From: Thalia democratica
Taxonomy: Eukaryota
Length of the DNA stretch: 64,000 nt
NCBI GenBank assembly: GCA_965202585.1
Contig: OZ241829.1
Span: forward strand, 66,898,001-66,962,000
Direction of reading: 5' to 3'
Position 1 is the stretch's first letter; every line of letters starts with the position of its first letter. Below the pieces are notes generated by a model. That model was not told where the DNA came from. It saw only the letters and a list, made by a program, of their open reading frames with translations, and made no database searches. The position numbers were made by a program, and so were the translations under genes. Shown here in pieces: positions 37,401-49,254 of the stretch.

Positions 37401-40400
37401 TTCTCAAAACAAAGCTCTATAAATTTTTGAAAAATGTTTAACATGTAGTAAGATAATGTATTAAAGTGTTTAAAGACACCTTTTGCTGGTAAAACGCTCA
37501 TTAATAATTCATTGATGTCGTTTGTTGTTAATTTTAAAGTTAAAATTATATATAATACTCAAGTATTTTTAAAATTTCTACAACTTATGAAAAAAACTAT
37601 ATGAAGGCTTATTATAAGTTTATAATACAAAACTAATAAAATATGCTAAAAACATTATAAACACAGCAATATATCTAGTTTATAATTGCAAGTTAGTTAT
37701 TTAACCAAGGTCCATTATTTAACAAAACATAGACTTTCTTAACTTGAGTGGAGTTTTGCTAAAATGTTGTAAAAAACTATATCTACTAAAAATTTTCAAT
37801 TTCTTATAAGTATTTATCAACACACGATAAAAAATAATGGAAATATTTTGATTAGAAATAAATTTATAAAAACAAGTTACGTATAAGCACAATTAAACTA
37901 ATATTTTTTGAAGCACATTACGGAATTGTGTTCAAGCGAGTCTTTAAATCATTTCAAAAGAACTTTTAAGTTGTTTAATTGTTGATCAAAAATAGCTTTT
38001 ATTTAAAACAAACATAGAATTTAAAAAGAAGTTTTTACACTTAACTACTAAATTATATAACTTATTTTTTAAATGTTTATATCTGTTTTATTTCTTATAG
38101 CCTGTTTAAGTGTTTCTATTTTTGTTATCCTTTTAAACATTATCAGCTTGTTTTAGACTCTGTTCCTTGTATTAGTTAGTTACTAGTGTTAATACTTTGA
38201 AGCTATTTAAGTTCTATGATTTAGTTTTGCAGTTTTTTAGTCTGCACAAAAATAAAACTTTTTTTTATAAAGTAGGATATCATATCTTTTTGGTAGTAAG
38301 TCAAAACGAATAAAACTTTTACATCCGATTTATTGTTGGATTAACTTTGTTTATATATCTTTTATGAATCGTTTGAATCAATTCAAGTAAAGCAAGCTTC
38401 AATTGTAAAATTATTCTAGAATATACACTCTACCTAGACTTCCTAAAAAGAACATAACCTTGTTACAAATACTTGATATTTTCAATTGCAAATACAAAGT
38501 TTAAACTTAAATAATTTATATTTATAATTTGTTTTTTGCAACTTGTTTCTGTTTCTAAGCTTTTAATTAATCAAAAATTCGCTAAGAATTATAAAAAAAA
38601 AGCTAATTTAAAAAATGCGTACATTTACATATGATAAACAAACACATATTTTTACTTGAAACTATTCAATTTGATTTGAAAATATCTTATAAATTAGATT
38701 TGGGTCTATGTTAGAAGGTTTTGTTCAAAAATAGTTTGTTGCAGTATAAAGTAAATGTCATCAAAAATAATACGTTTTTTGAATATAAACACTTATGTTG
38801 TTTCTTCTAGAAATTTTGTTTGGATACATGTTTGAAGTAATTGAATAAATGTTTCTGACAAACAAAAAATGTGAAATAATTGTATTTTATTGTAGCTTAA
38901 AATATACTAACTACAATAGATTATCAAAATACAAATTATACGCTTTTTAATTTACAATTTATTTCTAAAACTAAATTTTAAATGTATTACCCTTTAAAAT
39001 TTGATAAATCAATACAGCAATGACGTAAAATTAAACAGCGTGAAACCAACGTAAAAATCAAAATGTAAACACTACGCAAAATATAAGTGTTGTAGCGAAT
39101 GACATTTAGTCGTTGATTTTGAAAAGTAAAACATAAAACATTGCAACGATTAATGTTTTGATGCTTACACTGTTCTTTAGTATATTTTTTTTTTAAAGTT
39201 ATTACAAAGTTTAAACTTTTTAGATAAAATAACTTGTTTTTAAAAGTATATTCTTTTAGTATATGTGATATCTTTTAAAAATATTGAATTTTTGTTTTTT
39301 ATAATGACTCAGTAAAGCTAAAATTTAGATTTTACATATGATCATAAAAACAATTAGATTAAAAAACTAGCCTATATGAATATCAACTTAAACTTCTTTT
39401 TTTACAATGGCATTCGAGTCGAATTGTTTGGATTTCTAATGTTTTTAAAAACACATCTTTTGATTAATTAGCATAAAATGCTATGAAACGGAAAATTAGG
39501 TGACATTGATGAAAAAAAATAAGTTGTAAACTAATAACATGCTTATCGTTTGAAACGAAAAGATTTATTACATGCATGTTATTGTTTTTGCTTAATTAAA
39601 CAAAAAAGCTACTATATTCACATTTTAATTTTGTCTTTTAGTAAAAATATCTATTGTGCTTTAAAACTGTTTAGGACATAGTATGCTTACTGATAATAGT
39701 TGTAAATTATTAGAAATAAGTTAAACAAATATAGTATACATTTAAATTTAAACTCTTTACTTTAAAACTTTGTGCTTAATTAAACTTGTGAGCTAGCAAA
39801 ATTTTTATCAAAAGCCAAAAATATACATAACAGTTTATTTACAGAGGCGTTTTTAAAGTAAGAAGCATAATAAATTATTTTCTATGTAATAAACATCATG
39901 TTTTTATTCCGTTATTTAACTATATAATATTTACTATACTTAATGTGCTAAACAAATTTAAAAGTGTTAAAGTATTTAATAAGGTATCTAATTTATATTG
40001 TAACTGTATTGACAATAACGGTTTTTGTAAAAGTTCCTTTTTAACAACCTTTAAGTAGTTGTCTAGAACTATTTAACTTTAAATTACTTGTATATCCTGT
40101 TATGTTCAAAGAATACGAACCTTAAAAACCTTTAATGAACAGTTTAAGTATTTAAAGTGAATTTAAGATTTAAGTTAAATTCTGAAGAATAAAAAAAAGG
40201 ATCGAAATATAAAGTACGTTTTCTTTTGATCATAATGCAATGCTGAATAACGTGTCTACAAAGCAAATTGAATTTTCCCTCCTATGTTTAACTAATTTTG
40301 CTCACCTAGATATATTGCTGAAATTCCCACTTACAAAATACCTTTGTTTTAACTTCTGGCAACTTTGCTATTTTTAGCAAAAAAAAACAAAAGTCAAACT

Positions 40401-41815
40401 TTCCAGTTACTAATTCTCAAGTGCAATACATCTTGAATTTTTATGTTAGACTTTCTTAGCAACACTTGAGAGACAATCAGTCACTTTGTCAAACTGGTAG
40501 TAGAATATGTCAAGGTAGAAATGCAGAGATTGATGTCACGAAAACTTTTTACTTTCTTTTCTTTGTTTGTTTCTTTTAGGCGTGTGGTCATTCTGACAAT
40601 TTCAACTTTTTATATATGTTAGTGCAAATGAATCGTTGAACTCAAGAAGAAGACTTTGGAAAATTGTTTGTTATGTACAATACAATGAGTCAAAAAAATT
40701 CTTAAACTCAATCGCCAGTAATTTTATAAAGATATTTTAAATCATCTTAAACATATATATGCAAAAATATAAACTGTTTCGTTAAGCATATAACTAAATA
40801 ACACTAACTTATATGCAATTGTTTTAACATAACTGCAAAACACTTACTGTGAAGTGTTCATAAAAAACTTTGTTTTGAAAATCGGCAAAACTTTTAAAAA
40901 CTTTAAATATTTTTAGATAGAATAAAAGCTGTAATTACATCTTAGTAAAAGCTTAATTGCTTGAATTTATTTTTTTCTGTAAAAGGTTTTTATAAAGTGT
41001 TATAAAGGTTCTTTTAACTGAAGTATTTGAGCGTTGATTTTTCATCGCGTTTATTAAACTTTATTAATTTTTAGAAATCAACGTTTGATAACAAAAGTAT
41101 GAAATATAATTTTAATTACGGTAAAATTTCTGAGCCTTTCTGTTCCTACGGCTGTGGCTGTTGTAGATAACTAAATAAATAAAATATTTAAACTTGTTTT
41201 TTATTTTGATTTGCTTGCGAATGTTTCAAAAGTCATACTTTAAGTTTGTAATGCACTAAAACTAAACAACCATCGAAAAAAAAATTAAAACAAACAGAAA
41301 GAAAAATTGTTTGGGCATAAAGAGTCTAGATTTAAAAGTTTTATAGAACACAAATTTACCATTTGTTTTAACTTTAAAGTCAATTTTAAAATTTTAGTTG
41401 TTTTCATTAGTTTCAAAACCTACCATTTTTATTTTGAAATCAAAACAGAATTCAAAATTATAATAAAAAAAATCAAAGTTAAAATCGAAATCTTAATTCA
41501 ATATATTTACTATTTAATTAACAGTTTAGTCATAAAACTATGATATTTTCAATTGAAGCATATTAAGCTAAAGTTTATTATTCCTAAAAAATATTCTATC
41601 AATTAATTGTCTATGTTCTACGTTTTAAAATAAACTAATAAGTATTTATAAATCAAGTAGAAATAAACTAATGGCAACAATTCTGTTTATTGATTCGGAT
41701 ACTAACTGAAAAGTTTGTTACTAGTATGTACTTTTAAAAGTTTTCATAGGATTAACTCTTTAAAATCAGCTTATTCACAAAATGTAACAAGTACGTTAGT
41801 AAAATTGTGCAAAAT

Positions 41816-42122
41816 TGTTCTTTATTTTAGGATTATATTCACTATGTTTATGACAAAAAGATTGTTTTTTAATCATTGAGTATTTTAGCAAGATAAAAAT
41901 ATTCTCATGAAGCAAAAAGTAAGTACAAATGAAAATTTGAAATACAAATGAAACACTTAAGCAAGTATGTTCTTTATTTTAGGATTATATTCACTATGTT
42001 TATGACAAAAAGATTGTTTTTTAATCATTGAGTATTTTAGCAAGATAAAAATATTCTCATGAAGCAAAAAGTAAGTACAAATGAAAATTTGAAATACAAA
42101 TGAAAAACTTAAGCAAGTATGT
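41816..42122. repeat. Near-perfect tandem duplication, 2 x 152 bp
   Basis: Unit starts TGTTCTTTATTTTAGGATTATATTCAC at 41816 and again at 41968; one mismatch seen. Confidence 0.95.
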
Positions 42123-42470
42123 GCCTTTTTTAATTCAAACGTAAAAAAGTATGCTTACAAAACAGAACTTTGTATACAAAAAAAAAGTTCTTTTGCATTA
42201 TCTAATATTTCGTTTTTAAAACTTTTTATTTAAATATTATAAAAAGAAAATTTTAATCACAAATAAAATCTTAAGTTTTAATCTAAAAATTTTTCATGCT
42301 TTGAACAATCAGATAAGATAATAGGTTTTCATACTTCTTTTTATAACAAATTTTAAACTAATAGACAAAAACTGTATATGATTGAAAAAACTCGCAAGCG
42401 CGATAAAATATTAATTAATCTTCTAGGCTAAATTAATTTTCCTACACCAGCTAACTCGTGCTTATTTTTG

Positions 42471-44875
42471 TCACACATGAACAACGGTGCCCCCGTTGCC
42501 GTAGAAACCGTCCATAGGCGCACGATTGTTCGTGTAATCATAGTAATCGAACTCGGTCGAGTTGGTCATCTCTGAGGTGCAGGAGGAGCAGCTCTGCGTT
42601 TTGCTTCGATGCAGCCTCCCACGGTGTCGTTCCGGACGCGGCAGCTTTGCAGGTTTTTCCCGTTGATGGGCACGGTGGTGAACTGCGAGCTGCTGATTGG
42701 GTTGCTGTAGACTTTGCTTTGATGCTCGTCGTCTTCGGCTCGTCGCTTCAACGCGTATATCACGACCGATACGAGAGCCATCAGTGACAGAGCCGCTGTG
42801 GTGACTGATATTCCGATTATCACTCGCGACCTGTCAGTTTTTGTGACACTTTTTACTTGTTGATCGTGTTGTTGTGTAGCGTGACCTTTTTGGAAACTTT
42901 GAAAATTATTATTTTGTAAGCCTTCAACAGATTGTTTAAATAGATGGTCTAACTCTTTGACATCTTGATTTTCTGAAAAAAAAAACAATATAACTTTCTG
43001 AAATGCAAGCGTTTTAAGTTTATTTTTAAACATTTGTAAATATAAAGAAATAGTATCTATATTAATTTTTCTTTTACAGAAATCAAAGTTATTTAATAAG
43101 AAATATGAAAGAGAACTATATAACTGATCTACTTAATTTTAGCTGCTAAGAAGCAAAATACATTTTTTTTAAAACTTAAATAGTTTTAGACTAACTTGTT
43201 TCACTTGAGTCGACTGACACTTTTATTTTGTCGTCAGATAAGACGTTGACTTTCAATCTTAGGTTGTATTTTGCACATAATCCACCAAATAAACTTTTGC
43301 AACATTCTTTTGTTCCCGTTGAGGTTGCTGTAAAAATAAAATAGCATTTTATTTGACATACATATTGTTTCGTTATCTAGATATTTGGTCTTCAGCCTTT
43401 CTAAAAGCTGTGCACAGTGAACTACTTGAAAACAAAATATTTGCCTATTAGATTGTAAAGTATATAATTTTATTAATTTTATGTTTTTTTTAGCTGTCTT
43501 AACAAACAACGTGTCAAAAAACTGTTAATGATACGTTTAGCTTTTTTTAACAAAAAGCGACAAAACAAACATAATTAAAAAAAGTAATCTTTGTGTGCAG
43601 ACTATGAAAAATATTAAATTTAATCATATAAAACTTACAGCTGTTAATATATTAGTAAATTTTTGAAAACTTTTATGACAAAACTCATAACCTTTATAGC
43701 ATCGCGTGCGCTGATAAAAATGTTAAATTTAAATTACCAACAGGTTAACAACTAGTTACTAAAATGACTATAAGTTTTATGACCAAAAGTAAACAGATCT
43801 AACACTTTAACATTTACTGTTTAGTTACAATTATTAGGATGAGTCTATAAAACGTTTAAAAAAATTATAAACTTTGAAAAGCTTTTAATTTTAAGTATAT
43901 AAAATTTTAATTATAGAGCAAATAAAACTTAGTAAATTTTTATTGAGATTCATCTTTTCTTATTATATGAAAAAGGTTCTGTTTAAATATTTGCTTTGAT
44001 GCAATATTTATTTTGACTTCAGTCATGAACAAAATTCTTTCCGCTTCGTAGGACATAACACGGAAAGCAAATAATTACTGTGTTGATATTGAGACAAAAG
44101 TAAATAAATTTTGTCCCTCAGTACAATATGCCGGTTAACCAGCCATGCCAAAACTGAGGTCGAACAAGGGACAAAATGAGCTGAAGATAACCAGACTTTG
44201 CGTTTAAAAGATGGTATGTTCAAACATTAGAAATAGTCTTAATTTTAATAACTGCACATAAAAAATTATAACACGCATTAATTTTAAGCTCATTATTATT
44301 GTATTGGAATAGCAATTTTAGAAACTTGATTATTATAATACTATTACTGTACTTCAATGAATAAAATTTACAAATAAAATAGTAGCTTTTCCCAGGCACA
44401 AAATAGGGAATGTGTTCGGAGGCTGACACGTTCGTAAAGTAAAAATCATATGGCATTATTGCGTCATAGGGTCGCAGGCAGCTCTTTAAAAGTATTCCGT
44501 CGGAAGAGTCGCAGCTTTTGTGGTCGTTTTCATTTACAAAGAAAATAGACACGTACAAGTTTCCATTATGTTTTGAACTTTTTTCGACATATGGGCAGCG
44601 AAACGGTAGAGTGTCGAATAATTTCACATTGACTGATAAGTCCCTTGGCCTAAATCTGTTTTGAAAATTTGTTCTAGTGAAGTGTTTAATGTTTCAGAGC
44701 TTACTAGCAATTTCAAACCTTTTAAAATTTCCTTTTAAATTTTATGCTTAACTTGATGATTTTAAGAGGCTTTTATAACTAACTCAGGATTTGTAGTGTT
44801 CCTTTATACAGCATCGTGCTGCTCACCAAAGACATACTGCACAAAGTACAATATGATAACCATGGAAGACATCAT
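42471..44875 (-). pseudogene. EFNB: Ephrin-B-type gene copy 2; nonsense codon in exon 1 and frameshift in the tail
   Basis: Exons 44875-44784, 44655-44372, 43327-43205 and 42972-42471 have canonical GT-AG sites and matching phases (2,1,1). Exon 2 is 52/94 aa identical to copy 1, ungapped. TAA at 44806-44804 (V*RN in place of VYWN). The tail ...GFYGNGGTVVHV* lies in another frame. Confidence 0.88.
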
Positions 44876-47800
44876 ATTTAGTTTATTTAATTGCAATTAG
44901 TTTAAAGTAAGACTGATCTAAAACATTTAAAAAAAAATTTGAGAGTTGTTGTATGATAAACAAAAATGTGCTTAACAGTTTTACTTGTTGATATAATACG
45001 CTTTTTAATATTAGAACAATTTTAAAAGAATAATATAAAGTAAAGTTCTCACATAACTCAGTTAGTTAATTTATTTGTAGCACATAAAGTCTGTGGTTCA
45101 TTAAGCTTTACAAAAAACCAAAACGTAACGTATAAAAACTTCAAAGTATTTAAAAAATCAAGTGGAAAAAGTTTTGTGTTTTTTTAACTTTTTTAGTTGA
45201 TTTTAAAATGACCTGTAAATAGTTCACTATAAAATACCAAATTTTACAAAAATAATAGTAAATTCTATAAAACATTTTTTATTAAAATTATCTTTTTTGA
45301 CCCTAATATTGAGAACTTTAATATTAACTTTAGTATTATAAAAATAAAAACTTAAGTATTCATTTTTAAAGTTCATTAAACATGTAAAACCGTACAAAAA
45401 TAGCTTGTTAGCAAAACAAAAAATCTACCAAGAGAGCTCTTAATTACTGTCTTATTTCCCAGTAGAGCATATCCTTAACATTTGATTAGTAAATAATCCA
45501 GTCTTGAAAAAAAAGCATGTGTACTGTAATCTCATTAAAACAACTTTCTTGTTAGGAAGCCAACGCTTAATTTAAATCATTAGCAGTAACAATAAAACTA
45601 TAAGAAAGAAAGCTTAACACAAATTAAACAAAAATCAAATATTTCTGTTTTTTCTTATAGCTTTTTAAAACGCAAAAAATATTTTTCACTAATCAATTCA
45701 AAATATTAAATACTCACTAAGGTTAACGACATATGCTAAATCTATTCTAGTTGATATTTTTGAAAAAAAAAAATTCAAAAACCTGTGCTTGAAAACATAA
45801 ACTCAATAATGATTGTCAAACTTTGTTCAGTTACAGTAAAAAAAAACTAACTACTTTTGGTCAAACAATAAAAGCTTGGTATAAAAACTATCGACAATAA
45901 ATTACAAAATTATTTTTACTTACTTATCAATCCAAACTTCCGCGTCTTACAACAACAAAACTGATTTCTACATTTCTTACCGCGGCGCAGCCGCACAAAA
46001 CTAACGCTTGCAAACCCTGTTCGATTGTAAGACATGAGGAAAAAATAGTTTAGTGTAAACCGGCGCGGGCATGCTTACTATGATGTAACACAAAGGTCAT
46101 CTGATGTTTCGCTCGACATCAACGCGCTGCTGGCTATGTGGTCAATTCGAGATCACAACTCTTTTGCTCGGAATTAAAAGAATCGCATGACAAGGCGTGT
46201 TTGTATGGAAATTTTCAGCTTTGCGGTATGCAAGTTGTTACTTTTCGTACATATTAACGTTATCGGACGATGTATGCAAGGTTATCATTTTCTTGTTTCG
46301 AGAAGAAACTTCTTAATTTGCGTGTTTTAAAGAATCAAAGTATAGAAGTTTTTACCGGATTATTTTTTTATCATGAACTCTTATTGCTTTTATATTTGTA
46401 TGTGTTTAAGAAATTATTATTCTTCATTTAAGTGTATAACTGTCAAAATATACCCGAAAATGAATGCCGATGTAAAAAATTACACGCTCAAAAAATACAT
46501 TTTGAGCTTAAATTCTTTTTTTAAAGAACTTACTATAACGAAAAATTCGTTAAATAGTTAATTTTTGTTAACTATTTAAACAACGAATGTAATTTTAAGT
46601 TTCTAATATCATCAATATGTTGTCATTGAACTTAAAGTAGTAGAAAATGTATTAAAGAATGAAAAATAAATTACTGCAAGTACTTAATTAAGTATTTGCT
46701 ACAAACTATTAACTAGAACTCTTATCAGTTAAAAATTTTGTGTGCTATCCACCTGCGTTCAAAATCCACCCAATTTTTTTTATTCTTTATTTTTAATCCA
46801 TTTTATGTAATTTTGCATTTTATTTTTTATTTTTCATTTTTCACTCTCACTGTTACCCCTAATTTTTACTCTCGATCGAATTTGACTGGATGGATTTTGA
46901 ATGTGTCCTAAAAATTTAACCTAGTTATTAAATAGTTGCGCATTTGTTATTTTTCATTCACTCATTTTGAATTCAAAAAGTTATTTGTAACGACATTTGA
47001 ACATTTTTTTTGTTAAACTGAACAGTAAACATGAACTATAAAAGGTCGTGAAAGAATTTTGGGTTGTAATTAAGGTTACAAACAGTAAAATAAAATTAAC
47101 TTTAAAACTTATTTCTTAAATTTATTCTCTTAAAGATGTACCGTAAGTAATAAATTCAAACTTGTCAAGTTTGCTTACGAGTTTTAAAGTTAAACAAACG
47201 TTTGAAAGGTAAAAAACTATTTATCAAACGAACAACATTTCAAAATTGTTTTTATTTACTCACCTGGTCAAATACCCAAGCATACGTCGAAAACCAATCA
47301 ATCGTTGTTAAAGTTTTCACTATATTGCACTATTTTTTTTTACAATTTTACGATACTTTTTTACTACACCATTTAACGATTTTTTATTATGACACTTTTA
47401 ACTTAGTACCGTCAAAAAGTAGTTTGTTACTAAACTACGACAACTATCAAGTTGTACAGAGCGAATTGGTTTATAATACTTATTTATATGAAACTTTATT
47501 ATCTCATTGGTTTTTGCTTAATTTTATAAGTTTTGTTATAATTTTTCACTTAACTTAGTTCATATAGTAGTAATGTTAAATTATATCTTTTCTACAATTT
47601 TTAATTAATATAGTTTACGACATTTTTTTTGTCGATGATTAAAAAAAAATCTTTAATACTTTAAAACATGAAATAAATATAGCTTTATATGCTCAACATT
47701 TTCTAATACTTTGGTTATTTTAGTTATTTCCAACTACTAAACAAATACTATTTATAAATGTTAGTCAATTTTAAAGTGTTTCTGTAAAATTTAATGTACA

Positions 47801-49254
47801 TTTAACATAACTGTTAGTGTTATAAAGGATTTAAATTTCTTTAAATTATTCAAAAACGTTCGTTTTTAATGATATACTATACGAGAAATACTAAACAACT
47901 AATTTTAAAGATGAGTATTTAATAAAAACCAACAAGTTTACAGTTTTAATAGTAAATTTAAATTAATTAAAAGTAAACACTATAACCAAACTTTTTTATT
48001 TTGACAATAATTAGTTTACCTTTGCGTTTATTTAGTTTCATAATATTTGCTTAGTGAAAGTTTACGCCTTAGTAGTTCCTTAGTAACGACGACTTGAATC
48101 TTTAAATTGAAGTACACAGCTTTTGTATTAGTTACAAATTAAGTCATAGTTCTGGTATAACTACTATTTTAACTAGCTCTGCTTATTTTTTTTGTTTTAT
48201 TACACATTTCCATTGTTTTAGAGTCGTTAAAGTTAAAGTATTGTTTTTTTAACACCTTAATAGTGAGCTTTACAATATTTTATAGTTAGTTTTTGTACTT
48301 TTAACAGCAGTATTGTGAGAGAGTATAGTGAGCTAAATATAAAGTTTAAAAATTTAAACAAGTATAGAGTAATACGGCAACTCCTTTAATTGTAAAAATT
48401 GTTAAAAAACTATTGTTAAAAATAGAAAAGAAAACTGAAAAACATATATCATATAATTAAGAATTATTTTTAGTTTAAAGCTTTTTTATATCAGTTCTTA
48501 ATCAATTGTTAACTTAAAAGATATATATTTATTAAAACCATAAATAAAATTTGAAATTTATTCGTAATGTAGTATGTTTAAAGCATTATTAACCAACTTA
48601 TATTACATTAACTTTAGCTAATAACAGTATAAAAGGAAATAAGTTTATGTCAAACAAAATTCAATCAATATGCTAAATGAAATTTTTCTTCATCAATCAG
48701 TTAGTGCTAATAGAGGACTATTTGTGATTATCGTGAGTTTACTTACAAGTACTTATCGACTAATTTTCATCATAACTTTTTAATGTTTACTGACAAAAAT
48801 CTTTTTTTTTAGTTTACAAATTTACAAAAAAAAAAAACATTGGTAGCAAAAAAGGAAGTGATTTTCTAGTCATTAAAGATGATATAAAATATCTTTTATA
48901 GAGAATTGAAATCACGAAGTTTTCTGAAACAAAAAAAAAATCGTATCAATTTAAATTATTCCTAGTATAACTTTTTTATTGTTTTATTATTAAATGAACG
49001 AAATAAATAGTTTTTACGTGTTAATTCAGAAATAAATATTTGTAAAATAGTATTGAAGTAAACTATTAGTATAAAAACAACTGTTTACTTTTTTACAAGC
49101 TCTTTTTCAAAACTTATAGTAAGATAAATTTTACTTTTAAGAACATTCCGCCCAAATGCTTTAACTAAAAGCTTAAAGTTAAAAAGAATTTTTACCTAAA
49201 AACAAAACAAGTTAAATTATAACATTAAGATTGAATCTGTGGCAAAGTTTACAT

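Noticed and set aside
40200-40700. Minus-strand coding-like stretch
   Set aside because: Multiple stops and no identifiable domain.
46750-46910. Short inverted repeat TTCAAAATCCA..TGGATTTTGAA
   Set aside because: Possible tiny MITE, but the termini are imperfect and there is no TSD.
47202-47558. 118-aa ORF and similar AT-rich short ORFs (2516, 8976, 20361, 34447, 41307, 46373)
   Set aside because: F/I/K/L/N-rich composition expected by chance in AT-rich DNA; no motifs or splice support.
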